Assembly: GCA_043778695.1 (NCBI GenBank)
Contig: JAYWFR010000112.1
Location: 1 to 62,176, forward strand
DNA: 62,176 nt
Origin: Polaromonas sp.
GTDB lineage: Bacteria; Pseudomonadota; Gammaproteobacteria; Burkholderiales; Burkholderiaceae_C
Reading direction: 5' to 3'
The position numbers were made by a program, and so were the translations under genes. Below, piece by piece: positions 36,763-46,830 of the stretch; position 1 is the first letter of the stretch, and each line of letters begins with the position of its first letter. The notes below the pieces were generated by a model, which was not told where the DNA came from, searched no databases, and was given only the letters and a program-made list of their open reading frames with translations.

Positions 36763-38117
36763 GCGGCTTTCTGCAATGGCGTAGCAAACATGCTTTCCAT
36801 CTGTCGCCGCAGCTTGTAGGCCTCTAGGGACGTGTCCATCGCCACATCAGCCCAGCTTAGGTTTTGGCCTTTTTTAACCGGGCGCAATACCTTCACGTTG
36901 TGTGCGAGGCCGAGTGGCAAACCGCCCATGCGCATTGATGTGTCAGCCGGCAGCAACTTGCCCCACACCGTGTAGCCGCCTTCGCCGTCCAATATGTCAC
37001 CGGGCATCAAATCACGTTTGGCGGTGGCCACCACATCCGCATTCCAGCAGGTAGCCACGCCCGTTGGTTCGCCGCGCAGCGCCACGCTGGCCACTGACAC
37101 GCCAACTTCCAGCCCAATCAAATGCCAGCGTTTGTACAGCGTGAAGTAACGCCCGCTCGGGTCGGTGTGGGCGTTGTACTCTTCAAAGCAGTTTTTGATG
37201 TAGTCAGTTTCGGCCTCGACCGTGACCCACACGCCCATTCGAATGTCATAGGGAATTTTTCGGCCATCAGTTTCAAGCGATGAAATCACCTCGACCATGC
37301 CCTTGCGTTCCAGCACGCCGCCCTCAGAAATAGGCCGGGTGACAAACGGAATGTCTTCAACGCTGGCCGGCGGGTACAGCAGCCCGTTGCTGGGCACCGT
37401 CAAGCCCGTAGCGTTGGCCACAGCGGTGCACTCAATTGACGGTTTGGAGCCATCTAAAAAGCTGTTGAACATCTTGGGGTTCAGCCCGCCGCGCGCAGCT
37501 TGTTCAGGCGTCAAGCCGTAGTTGCCCCACACCGTGTCGGGTGTACTTTCAGAAAAATGCGGCAACCATTTGTGGCCCCGGCCCGCAGCGACGACTGGGA
37601 AACCGCAGGTGCGTGCCCAGTCCACCAAATCGCAAATCAGTGCCGGTTGGTCGCCAAACGCCAGCGAATAAACCACACCCGCATCCGCTGCTTTGCGCGC
37701 CAGCAGTGGCCCGCAAAACGCATCGGCCTCTACCGTCACATTCACCACATGCTTGCCGTGCGCAAAAGCCGCCAGGCAATGTTCAACCGCTGCCACGGGG
37801 TTGCCAGTGCATTCCACAATGATATCGATCTGCGGATGTGTGACCACCGCGCGCCAATCATCGGTAATCCATGTCGCTCCTGTTTTAATAGCTGCTTGCG
37901 CACTATTTGCTTGGGCTAGTAGTGGATTCCACCCCACACGGGCAAGATTGGTCCGTGCTGCGTCGGGTGACAAGTCAGCAATCGCCACCAAGTGCACACC
38001 TGGCGTCTTGGGGATTTGCGCCAAATACATAGAGCCGAATTTGCCTGCGCCGATCAGGCCGATGCGGATGGGGTTGTTTTGAGCTGCGCGCTGCTGCAGT
38101 TTTGTGTAGAGGCTCAT
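36759..38117 (-). CDS. NAD(P)-binding oxidoreductase with C-terminal SAF domain (homoserine dehydrogenase-like)
   Basis: GAGKFG, GKHVV, GDQP, DGSK, AKRDL.PG..LDGEGG SAF domain. Confidence 0.85.
   Translation of the reverse strand: MSLYTKLQQRAAQNNPIRIGLIGAGKFGSMYLAQIPKTPGVHLVAIADLSPDAARTNLARVGWNPLLAQANSAQAAIKTGATWITDDWRAVVTHPQIDIIVECTGNPVAAVEHCLAAFAHGKHVVNVTVEADAFCGPLLARKAADAGVVYSLAFGDQPALICDLVDWARTCGFPVVAAGRGHKWLPHFSESTPDTVWGNYGLTPEQAARGGLNPKMFNSFLDGSKPSIECTAVANATGLTVPSNGLLYPPASVEDIPFVTRPISEGGVLERKGMVEVISSLETDGRKIPYDIRMGVWVTVEAETDYIKNCFEEYNAHTDPSGRYFTLYKRWHLIGLEVGVSVASVALRGEPTGVATCWNADVVATAKRDLMPGDILDGEGGYTVWGKLLPADTSMRMGGLPLGLAHNVKVLRPVKKGQNLSWADVAMDTSLEAYKLRRQMESMFATPLQKAA
37876..37918 (+). 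repeat. Element A copy inside the SAF oxidoreductase gene
   Basis: GCTCC-N7-ATAGC-TGC-TTGCGC-N11-GGGCTA. Confidence 0.85.
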
Positions 38118-38123
38118 AACCTA

Positions 38124-39026
38124 TCACGCGGCCAATTTGAATTCATCCAGCGTCGTTTGCAACGCACTCGCAGGCAGGCCGTCTTTCCACGGCAAATCTA
38201 CCGGATAGTCCCTCACCAAACAATCGTCTGGCAGGCAGTCAATGGGCGTGAAGTCTCGGTGCGCAATGTATTCAGGCCGTTTGTGACGGCGAATGTGGTT
38301 GCTTACCGCACACAGGCTCAGGTACACACTGACACGGTCAAACGGCGACAGGTTGCTGCCAGAGGCATGCACCAGGCAAGAGTGAAACAAAATCATCGAC
38401 CCCGCTGGGCCTTTGGGGCTGACGATGCCGCCCGGAATGTGACGACCGGCAGCGTCAAAGCTGCCTTTGCCACCTGCACGTTGCACCAGTTGGCGAATCA
38501 AATTGTTATCGACCGTCCACAGAGGGTAGCTGGTGGTGGTGAGGTCATGTTTGGCGTCCACCACACCTTTTTTGTGGCTGCCGGGGATCAACATCAAGGG
38601 GCCGTTGTGCTCAGTCACATCGTCCAAGAAAATCGCGATGTTCATCGCGCGCTCGGTCGGCATGTGGTCGTCGTTCAGCCAGGTGCCGTAGTCTTGATGC
38701 CACTGCCACACGTCGCCTTCAAAGGCCATCTTGCCGTTGATTTTGAACTGATGCATGTACAGCTTTTCACCCAACAGGCTTTCTACTGGTTCAATCATGC
38801 GCGGGTGCCTAGCCAGCTTGGCAAACGGCTTGCTGTACAGGTGAGCGCCAAAGTTGGTGCGCACTGCGTCTTTGCCTTTTTCACGAATGTTGTAGTCCTC
38901 GCGGCGCGCGTAAATCTCCGGCACGGCGTCGGTCAGGTTTTGCGTTTCTTCAGGGGTAAAGTGGCTGGGGAAAAACAAATAGCCGTCACGGTCAAATTGT
39001 TCGAGTTGCACTGGGTTCAATTTCAT
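38124..39026 (-). CDS. PhyH-family Fe(II)/2-oxoglutarate dioxygenase
   Basis: WHQD facial triad with distal VHAS..N...R; IPGSHK. Confidence 0.88.
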   Translation of the reverse strand: MKLNPVQLEQFDRDGYLFFPSHFTPEETQNLTDAVPEIYARREDYNIREKGKDAVRTNFGAHLYSKPFAKLARHPRMIEPVESLLGEKLYMHQFKINGKMAFEGDVWQWHQDYGTWLNDDHMPTERAMNIAIFLDDVTEHNGPLMLIPGSHKKGVVDAKHDLTTTSYPLWTVDNNLIRQLVQRAGGKGSFDAAGRHIPGGIVSPKGPAGSMILFHSCLVHASGSNLSPFDRVSVYLSLCAVSNHIRRHKRPEYIAHRDFTPIDCLPDDCLVRDYPVDLPWKDGLPASALQTTLDEFKLAA

Positions 39027-39071
39027 AGGGTCTCCTTAAGGGTTGGATTAACAGCTCGGGCTAACGGGTGG

Positions 39072-39743
39072 CTAAGAATTTTTAAACAAGGCTTGGGTCA
39101 GCAACGCGGCCAGGTTGCGGCCCGCGTCTTCACCATGCTGGCGAATCAGGGTTTCGGCCTGGGCCTCGTCACCTAAAGCAATCGCTTTGGCAATCGCCTC
39201 ATGCTCATCCCAAATCGATTCACGCATGGTCGACACCTGCAGCACCGCGCCCATCGCGCGGCGAATATGGTGCCAGTGCGTTTGCGCGGTTTGGGCAATC
39301 AATGGGTTGCCTGATGCCGCATATATAGCACTGTGAAAAGCAGCATCAGCTGTCATCATGGCTTTGATATCTGTGCCGCGCGCGGCCTTTCTGCCATTGG
39401 AGATAAGCCGCGCGTCAATCAACACATGCGCCTGCGCTGCTAGCCGTGCAGCCAGTGAATCCAGCGAGCTGCGCACTTGGTAAATCTGCACCAGCGCAGC
39501 GACGTCCAGCGGCGCTACCAGCACCCCACGCCCAGGCGCGTTTAACACAAAACCGTCTTTGCGCAGCAAACCCAGCGCCTGCAGCACCGGCTGGCGCGAC
39601 ACGGCCAACTGCTCAGCAATGTCTTCCTGCATGATGCGCGCGCCAGGCGGCAAAGATCCATCACTTATCGCGTCGAGCAAGCTGACGTAGACCTGTTCGA
39701 CGAGGTCTGGGGTGGATTCGATTTTGATCAGCGTCATTGTCAT
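39072..39743 (-). CDS. GntR (FCD) family regulator
   Basis: LAVSRQPV HTH; D..FH..I..ASGN, EH..I. Confidence 0.9.
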   Translation of the reverse strand: MTMTLIKIESTPDLVEQVYVSLLDAISDGSLPPGARIMQEDIAEQLAVSRQPVLQALGLLRKDGFVLNAPGRGVLVAPLDVAALVQIYQVRSSLDSLAARLAAQAHVLIDARLISNGRKAARGTDIKAMMTADAAFHSAIYAASGNPLIAQTAQTHWHHIRRAMGAVLQVSTMRESIWDEHEAIAKAIALGDEAQAETLIRQHGEDAGRNLAALLTQALFKNS

Positions 39744-39751
39744 TTTAAAAC

Positions 39752-39763
39752 TCTGTATACAGA
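39752..39763. promoter_or_regulatory. Putative GntR operator
   Basis: Perfect 12-bp palindrome TCTGTATACAGA just upstream of the GntR start. Confidence 0.55.
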
Positions 39764-39977
39764 ATACATTGCATGTCGCCGCTGCGGCATAGGGTTTACC
39801 AGCGTCCGGTAAATGTTCTTTGCATCAGCGGGCAGCTTTCATAAGCGGTAGTTTTTGCTGTTAAGTCGGCCACTGCTGAACCATAAAAGTATGTGGTCAG
39901 CCAAACGCATGACAAAAGGTAAGCGTGCCGCGACGAGCGGCTTGGCGCATCAGACCGCAGCTTCTTACAATTTGTGC

Positions 39978-40637
39978 ATGTGCAAAACACCCCAAAAACA
40001 AAAGCGTCAAATCAGGCAAACTGGTTTTTCTCTGCTCGAGGTTCTGATTTCCATCGTTATTTTGTCGTTTGGCTTGTTGGGCATGGTCGGCCTGCAAGCG
40101 GCGGCCCTGCAGGGCAACCGCGATGCGCGTTTGCAATCCACTGCCATTTCTTTGGCGCGTGAGTTGGCTGAAATGATGCGCGGCAACAAGGATGTAGCGC
40201 TGCTGACGCTTAACAATCCCTACTTTGGCGACTTCGCGTCGTTTCCACTTGCACCAGCAATTCCGTCGTATTGCCTGAATGTCGGCTCGTTGCCAACCGC
40301 TTGTGGTGCTTCCGCAGCCATTGCAGCGCCTGCTATCGCGACAGCGCAAATGACCGAATGGCTAGCACGCGTCAGCAACGAATTACCGGGCGCACATGTC
40401 GTGGTTTGCGTAGACGCCAAACCCTACAACACCAGCACCGGAACGCCGGTTTGGACCTGTACGCCGCCCGCAGCGGGTGCTGCTGCCACCAGCGTGATCA
40501 AAATCGGCTGGAGTCGCCCGTCTACCAAGCGGGCTAACGCCAACGACAAAAGCAACGTAGTTAGCGACGTGGATGCCGCCGACCGGGCCACCTACCCCTC
40601 GCTCGTCTTTCCGATTATTCCTGGCAACGTTTTATGA
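39978..40637 (+). CDS. pilV: Type IV minor pilin PilV
   Basis: G/FSLLEVL prepilin motif, GLLG..GLQ; start chosen at ATG 39978. Confidence 0.88.
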   Translation: MCKTPQKQKRQIRQTGFSLLEVLISIVILSFGLLGMVGLQAAALQGNRDARLQSTAISLARELAEMMRGNKDVALLTLNNPYFGDFASFPLAPAIPSYCLNVGSLPTACGASAAIAAPAIATAQMTEWLARVSNELPGAHVVVCVDAKPYNTSTGTPVWTCTPPAAGAAATSVIKIGWSRPSTKRANANDKSNVVSDVDAADRATYPSLVFPIIPGNVL

Positions 40638-41668
40638 AACACCCCCAATTCAAGCGCCCCGCAGCGCAACGCGGCCTGACACTGATTGAGCTGTTGGTTG
40701 CGTTGGTGATCAGTTCGGTCATCATCATTGCGGCAATATCGGCTCTGATCGTCAGTCGGCAAGGCTTTAGCACGGTGGATGCAGCGTCTCAGCTGCGCGA
40801 CAACGCTCGCTTTGCAACTCAGCAAATTCAGCGCTTTGCTGTGCAGGCCGGGTTCAATGATTTTGAAGACGCGACCACAACCTGGACCAAGGACAAAACC
40901 ACTGGAATACCTGTCAGCAGCTCGGGTGGTGACACGCTACCCAGCGTGTTTGGTTTTAACAATGCAACGGCAAGCGCTAGTGACCCAACCAATGTAGGGG
41001 TGGCTCGTGTAGGAACAACATCCCTGGGCTACGGCAGCGATGTATTGATTTTGAAATACCAAGTGCCAGAAACCTATCCGAGCTCTACCAAAGCAGACAA
41101 GTCGATGATCGACTGCTTTGGTGCCCCGCCAGTAGATTCTGATATCCGGCAGTACCCGGGAGATCGACGTACCAACGTGTTGCATATCGCGGTGAGCACC
41201 ATCACTGGCGAGCCTGAACTTAATTGCAGTACCGACAAAAAAGTCCAGCGTCAGCCCATCCTTGCCGGCGTTGAAAATTTTCAGGTGTTGTACGGCGTTG
41301 ATGGCGTCACCGCCAACGTTGCAACCGCAACAACTGTGACGCCAACCTTTATCGCCACCAACTATTTGCGCGCCGACCAAATGGCCGTGGTGCCCGACCC
41401 CACAGGTGACGCCACCAATGCCAACTGGCGTCGGGTGCGCAGCATCAAAATCGGTATGGTAATCAGAGGGCCGCTTGGCTCCGCGCAGCAAGCTTTGTCG
41501 CAAACTTACTACCCTTTTGGCAAGGCCACCAGTGCTGCGGGCGGCTCTACAGGCTCAGCCATGTCGTCCGTTAACGACCCGGGCACCGCCTACACACCAC
41601 CTGCCGACACGCGCCTGCGGCAAGTGGTGACCTTTACCGTTCACCTGCGCAATGAGCAAGGGCTTTGA
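40634..41668 (+). CDS. pilW: Type IV minor pilin PilW
   Basis: G/LTLIELL, GVENFQVLYGVD, LRN terminus. Confidence 0.9.
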   Translation: MKHPQFKRPAAQRGLTLIELLVALVISSVIIIAAISALIVSRQGFSTVDAASQLRDNARFATQQIQRFAVQAGFNDFEDATTTWTKDKTTGIPVSSSGGDTLPSVFGFNNATASASDPTNVGVARVGTTSLGYGSDVLILKYQVPETYPSSTKADKSMIDCFGAPPVDSDIRQYPGDRRTNVLHIAVSTITGEPELNCSTDKKVQRQPILAGVENFQVLYGVDGVTANVATATTVTPTFIATNYLRADQMAVVPDPTGDATNANWRRVRSIKIGMVIRGPLGSAQQALSQTYYPFGKATSAAGGSTGSAMSSVNDPGTAYTPPADTRLRQVVTFTVHLRNEQGL

Positions 41669-41669
41669 C

Positions 41670-42317
41670 ATGAATTTAATAGGCCACCGCCGCTCTAAAG
41701 CGGCTAAAAGTTTTGCGATGTTGCCAAAGCAACGTGGCGCATCATTGATCATGGTGATGATCATCCTAACCATCGTTTCGATGATTGGTATCGCTGGCAT
41801 ACAAATTTCCACCATGGGTGAGCGCGGTGCTAGAAACGACCGCGATTACCAGCTCGCCTGGCAGTCGGCAGAGGCGGGGCTGATGGACGCGGAAAGCGAT
41901 ATTTTTGGGCCGGGAGCATCAACCCGTCGAAGCGTATTTATGCCAACGGGCATCGAGCGCATTGACTTGAGCAAGTTTGTGCCAGGCTGTGGAGCGGCCG
42001 GCAACAGCAGGGGGCTGTGCGGCATGCCTGGCCCAGGCAAGCCGCAATGGATTTCCGCCGACTTTGAGGTGCAGGACAGCACCGCCCAAACCACCAAATA
42101 CGGCGAGTTTACTGGCAACGCTTTTGCAGCAGGTGCCGGTGCGGGGCCGGCGCGCGCACCCCGCTATTTGATTGAGCTCATGCGCGACAGCGCAGGGGTT
42201 GGCTCTGAATGTCGCGACGAAACAGCGGAACCTTGTTATGTCTACCGCGTCACGGCCATGGGATTTGGCCCGCGCCAGGACATTCAGGCGGTGCTACAGA
42301 TGATTTACCGCAAGTGA
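41670..42317 (+). CDS. pilX: Type IV minor pilin PilX
   Basis: QRG/ASLI without E5, AWQSAEAGL, YRVTAMG.G. Confidence 0.88.
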   Translation: MNLIGHRRSKAAKSFAMLPKQRGASLIMVMIILTIVSMIGIAGIQISTMGERGARNDRDYQLAWQSAEAGLMDAESDIFGPGASTRRSVFMPTGIERIDLSKFVPGCGAAGNSRGLCGMPGPGKPQWISADFEVQDSTAQTTKYGEFTGNAFAAGAGAGPARAPRYLIELMRDSAGVGSECRDETAEPCYVYRVTAMGFGPRQDIQAVLQMIYRK

Positions 42318-42333
42318 TGAGCGGGTGGGCAAT

Positions 42334-45300
42334 ATGGAAAAAACAATGAAAACGCTGAAATTACTTTCAAATCTGCGCGGCAAGCGTACCAACAGCAGTG
42401 CGTTGCTGCAACCGTCGCGCTTTATCAACGCAGCACTCAAGCCCTGGGTTGTGGTTACGGGGGCCTTGCTGGCCGGCACCGCCGCATTTTTGGTCATCGG
42501 GGCCACCACACCGCCTGCCATCAAGGCACTTAGTTTGTCGAGTGAGCCGTTGTTTGCGTCCGCTACGGTGGACAAACCGGTGCTGGCACTGGCTATTTCA
42601 GCCGAGTTCCCGACTGTGGGCGCGCAGTATCGGGACACGGTTTATAGCCCTGTGAACGAATTTCTGGGCTACTACGACGCTGAAAGTTGCTACAGCTATG
42701 TCAACGCCCCCACCGAAGTCGGCTACGCCGCTGTTAACTACTCTGACTACAAGCGCTTCGACAGAATAGGACCGGCCGTGGCCAGAAAATGCACCGGCAC
42801 TGTCGATGGTTTTAGTGGTAACTTTTTAAATTTTGCATCTAGCTCGTCGATTGACATGCTGCGCCTGGCTTTGTCCGGTGGTGACCGCGTGGTTGACACA
42901 GGCAGCGCCAGCGCCAGTTTGACTATTTTGCAGCGAGCCGTGTTACCCGATGGCGACCCTTCGTGTTTTTGGAACAGCAGCAGTAACTTTCCCGCCAAGA
43001 GTATCCCCAAGGACTCGGGCGATTACCTGGGTGCCGTGCCAAAAGCAATGCGGACCGAAGCTACCGGCTCAGTTGCCACTGGCGCAGACATTCTTGTTGC
43101 CAACACGCTGAACCGAATCTACTTTGGCGTTAGCACCAGCGCAACCAGTGTGGTGCTGCCGGTCAGCGGCTGTGGCAGTACCACCAAATACACCCTGGGC
43201 GGCACGCCTGCATCGGCTACCGGCCCCGTTACTAAGGGCGTGGTCCAAACATTGCCAGGCGACGCTTCTGCGGCTTGCGCTGCCGAATACGGCACTTGCA
43301 CTTTTTCCGACGTCAAAGAGGTCTGGTATGGCGCTGGCACCAGCTGGGCAGTTGCGCCAGGCTACAACAGTGTGTCATGTTCTAACGGTGTTTTTGGTGA
43401 CCCTATCGGCGGCACACCAAAGAATTGCTACACACGGCCCTACACGGGGACGTGGAAGCCGTCCGGTGGCGGAACAATGAACAGCGATGGCTTTTTTTAT
43501 GCGCGCGTTCAAGTCTGCAACGTGAACGCTTCAAAAGTTTTGCAGGACAACCGCGACTACGGTTTGTGCACCCAGCAGCCCAACGGCTTTTACAAGCCAA
43601 CCGGCACAATTCAAAAATACAGCAACCAAGTGCGGCTGGCGGCTTTCGGTTACTTGATGGACCAAACAGCCAGCTGGGACACGCCAACGCCAGGCCGCTA
43701 CGGCGGTGTGTTGCGCGCCCCGATGAAATATGTGGGCTCTAAAACTTTTGACAATGCCGGCATTGACAACACCCCCAACAGCGGTAACCCGAATGCCGAG
43801 TGGGACGCCAACACCGGCGTGTTTGCCGCCAACCCTGATGTCGACACCACACAAACAACGCCCATCAGCGGCGTGATTAACTACTTGAACAAGTTCGGCC
43901 GCACTGGCCCGGTACCAGGCCGCTACAAAAAATACGATCCTATCAGCGAGATGTACGGCGAGGTGTTGCGATACCTGCAGGGCCTGCCCCCCACACCCGA
44001 GGCAGTGTCAGGTCTGGCAGACACAAAAGGAGCGTTTTATGACGGCTTTCCCGTAGCCACCACATGGGCAGACCCTTACGGAGGTGGGCGTACCAATACC
44101 ACCGACTATTCATGTGTGAAGGGCAATATCGCTGTGGTCGGAGACATCAACACGCATGATGGCGACCGACTGCTAAAGCGCACTGCGGACTTGAGCAACA
44201 ACCTGCCGGACTTTTCTTACGGGATAGGCGGATGGAACTACATCGTCAGCGCGTTTGAGTCGGGCACAGCCGCCACGTACACTGACGGCCAAGGCGCTTC
44301 CCGCAGCACCAGCAACCCAAATACAAAGAACACCCAAAGTCCTTCGGTCTCTCAAGGCTCACCCGCGTCCATCATGGGTCAAGCATATTGGGCACACACC
44401 CATGACATTCGCGGTAAAAACTGGACCGCCAACCCAGCGCTGCAAAGGCCGGGCTTGCGGGTCAAGTCGTTCTTTTTTGACGTGAATGAAGGCGGCTCTG
44501 GTAGCGACACCAGCAACCGGCAAAACCGAAATCAGTTTTTTACCGCCTCAAAATATGGGGGTTTCAACACCGAAGCGGACAAGATCACGTTGTCCAAGCC
44601 TTTTAATACTTCCGGTAATCCTTTCACCAGTCAGTCTGGCACCACTGACAACAATGTTTGGCAAGACGAAGCCAACCCCGGTGAGGCACAAAGCTACTAT
44701 TTGTCCAGCAGCGCGCGCAGCACGCTGGCTGCATTTGACAAGATTTTTAACACTGCGGCGGTTGCCGCCAACAGCATCGCCAAAAGCGCCGTTTCAAACA
44801 AAAATCTAACGACCGCTGGCAGTTCAATCTACCAAGGAGCTTTCAACACGTCCGACTGGAGTGGTGAGATATCGTCGGTGCCGTTGTCATTGACAGGAAC
44901 CAGCACCATTTCGCTGGGCAGCCCAACTTGGACTGCCGCCGCTGCACTAGCGGCCAGGTCGGCAGCCTCCAGGAACATCGTTATCGGCCGCGAAGGCAGT
45001 GCCGCCAACCCGACTGCCACGCCGTTTTTATGGGCTTCGATAGATTCCACCATGAAAACCAACCTCAACAAGGTTGCACCAACCAACGCAGCCGACGCCC
45101 TGGGTTCGGACCGGCTCGATTACCTGCGTGGTGACAGGACCAAAGAGGGCGCGCCGTTTAGAACCCGCAGCACGCCGCTCGGTGATGTGGTTAACGCGGG
45201 TATTGTTTATTCAGGCGCGCTGACGACCAACATCATCCCCTACACCGACGAGTACAAGACGTTTTTTACCAGCAACAGCGGCAGAACGCCAGCCTTGTTT

Positions 45301-46830
45301 GTCGGTGCCAACGACGGCATGCTGCATTCGTTCAATGCCCTGACAGGTGCGGAGCTTTTTGGTTATATCCCAAGCTGGATGGGACCCAAGCTGGCGGCGC
45401 TGACTGTCAACACCTACACCGCTAACCACCAAGCTTATGTTGACGCCACACCGGCGGTGGCAGAGGCGCAAGTGGGCAGCGCAGGCTCCGCTTCAGACTG
45501 GAAAACCGTGCTGGTAGGCGGCACTGGCGCGGGGGGGCCTGGCGTTTACGCGCTTGACGTCACCGACCCAACGGCATTCAGTGCGTCCAAGGTGATGTGG
45601 GAGTTCACCAAAGCGGACGACGCAGACATGGGCTACGTGGTGGGCCAGCCACAAATTTTAAAGCTGCGCACCAGTGCATCTACCGTTAAGCCGGCCACTT
45701 ATCGCTGGTTTGCACTGGTGGCCAGTGGCGTGAACAATTACCTTCCGTTCCCAGACACCTCTGGTACGTACAGCACCACTGGCAACCCGGCGTTGTTCTT
45801 ATTGGCGCTTGACAAGCCCGCTGGCACAGCGTGGTCAGCCACTGGCAGCAGCCCCAACTACTACAAACTGTCTGTGCCTGTAGATCCTTTGTTGAACGCG
45901 ACCAACGCTACTGGTTTGATCAATTTCGCGACCACGCTTGGGCCTCTGCGCGAGCTGTCACAGGTCTACATGGGCGACCTGCACGGCAAGGTCTGGCGGC
46001 TGGACTTTAGTGAGCGCGGTGCCGCCGATTGGGTTTTTGAAAAGTTGTCTTTCTACAAAGTTACTGCTACCGACCCATACCCCTTGTATGCGGCTAAAAC
46101 TGCTGCTGGGTTAGTTCAACCTATCAGCATGGCCCCTGCTGTCGTAGCTGCGGGTACTTTGAAAGGATTGAAAAGGAACTACGTCGCGTTTGCAACCGGC
46201 AAGTATCTTGAAAACGCAGACAAAACCTCTACTGCGCAAAATTCGTTTTACGCCATTTTGGAAGACGGCACGGCCTCAGCAACAGCGGGCGGTGCGTCAG
46301 TACCCGGTCGTGGCAGGCTGCAAGCTGGCACCATTGATGCGACTACCTTGGCTGTCACTGTGCCGCCATTTAAATGGGGACGCGCCACCAAAGACAGCGA
46401 CGCGCAACGTTCAGGTTGGTATGTCGACTATGTAGCGTCGGGCGAGAAAAGTATTTCCTCCCCGTTAGTTGTTGGAGACGTCGTTAACTTCGTAACGGTC
46501 ATTCCTTTAGCGGCGGGAACTTCGGGCTCTTGCACCGCAAACGGCGGTGGCGGCGGCGTTTACGCTATCAACGTTGACACTGGCGTTGGAATATCCTCGC
46601 GAATCCCAGACATTCCTGGGCCGCAGCTGTACTTTGACACGCCATCAACAACTTACACCATCAGCACATCGACTGGACGCAGGGTAAAGACGATCAACCC
46701 TCTCGTGGTTCTCCCGACGTCGGGTGCGCTCAAGGTGGCACCGCCCAACCCGATTACCATCGTTTCTGGCCGCTTGAGCTGGCGCCAGATCAACAACTAC
46801 CAAGACTTGAAAAACGATACCTACCCATGA
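42334..46830 (+). CDS. pilY1: Type IV pilus adhesin PilY1/PilC
   Basis: About 1500 aa; VGANDGMLHSF, G.YALDVT, GDLHGKVWRLD, GWY, RLSWRQI; start uncertain (42325-42346). Confidence 0.9.
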   Translation: MEKTMKTLKLLSNLRGKRTNSSALLQPSRFINAALKPWVVVTGALLAGTAAFLVIGATTPPAIKALSLSSEPLFASATVDKPVLALAISAEFPTVGAQYRDTVYSPVNEFLGYYDAESCYSYVNAPTEVGYAAVNYSDYKRFDRIGPAVARKCTGTVDGFSGNFLNFASSSSIDMLRLALSGGDRVVDTGSASASLTILQRAVLPDGDPSCFWNSSSNFPAKSIPKDSGDYLGAVPKAMRTEATGSVATGADILVANTLNRIYFGVSTSATSVVLPVSGCGSTTKYTLGGTPASATGPVTKGVVQTLPGDASAACAAEYGTCTFSDVKEVWYGAGTSWAVAPGYNSVSCSNGVFGDPIGGTPKNCYTRPYTGTWKPSGGGTMNSDGFFYARVQVCNVNASKVLQDNRDYGLCTQQPNGFYKPTGTIQKYSNQVRLAAFGYLMDQTASWDTPTPGRYGGVLRAPMKYVGSKTFDNAGIDNTPNSGNPNAEWDANTGVFAANPDVDTTQTTPISGVINYLNKFGRTGPVPGRYKKYDPISEMYGEVLRYLQGLPPTPEAVSGLADTKGAFYDGFPVATTWADPYGGGRTNTTDYSCVKGNIAVVGDINTHDGDRLLKRTADLSNNLPDFSYGIGGWNYIVSAFESGTAATYTDGQGASRSTSNPNTKNTQSPSVSQGSPASIMGQAYWAHTHDIRGKNWTANPALQRPGLRVKSFFFDVNEGGSGSDTSNRQNRNQFFTASKYGGFNTEADKITLSKPFNTSGNPFTSQSGTTDNNVWQDEANPGEAQSYYLSSSARSTLAAFDKIFNTAAVAANSIAKSAVSNKNLTTAGSSIYQGAFNTSDWSGEISSVPLSLTGTSTISLGSPTWTAAAALAARSAASRNIVIGREGSAANPTATPFLWASIDSTMKTNLNKVAPTNAADALGSDRLDYLRGDRTKEGAPFRTRSTPLGDVVNAGIVYSGALTTNIIPYTDEYKTFFTSNSGRTPALFVGANDGMLHSFNALTGAELFGYIPSWMGPKLAALTVNTYTANHQAYVDATPAVAEAQVGSAGSASDWKTVLVGGTGAGGPGVYALDVTDPTAFSASKVMWEFTKADDADMGYVVGQPQILKLRTSASTVKPATYRWFALVASGVNNYLPFPDTSGTYSTTGNPALFLLALDKPAGTAWSATGSSPNYYKLSVPVDPLLNATNATGLINFATTLGPLRELSQVYMGDLHGKVWRLDFSERGAADWVFEKLSFYKVTATDPYPLYAAKTAAGLVQPISMAPAVVAAGTLKGLKRNYVAFATGKYLENADKTSTAQNSFYAILEDGTASATAGGASVPGRGRLQAGTIDATTLAVTVPPFKWGRATKDSDAQRSGWYVDYVASGEKSISSPLVVGDVVNFVTVIPLAAGTSGSCTANGGGGGVYAINVDTGVGISSRIPDIPGPQLYFDTPSTTYTISTSTGRRVKTINPLVVLPTSGALKVAPPNPITIVSGRLSWRQINNYQDLKNDTYP

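Noticed and set aside
36759-38117. Second homoserine dehydrogenase or FlgA
   Set aside because: Only the Rossmann and SAF domains are shared; the true hom is at 60729-62051.
38124-39026. Calling the dioxygenase ectD
   Set aside because: The signature deviates and no ectoine genes are nearby.
37992-39176. 394-aa plus-strand ORF and other long antisense ORFs (25889-26701, 33053-33883, 49419-50288, 54597-55343)
   Set aside because: They overlap well-supported genes on the opposite strand and lack motifs; expected from codon bias in GC-rich DNA.
39815-39855. Possible additional element A copies here and in the DUF218 gene (about 14730-14770)
   Set aside because: Spacer lengths are off by one and the arms are too degenerate to support by eye.
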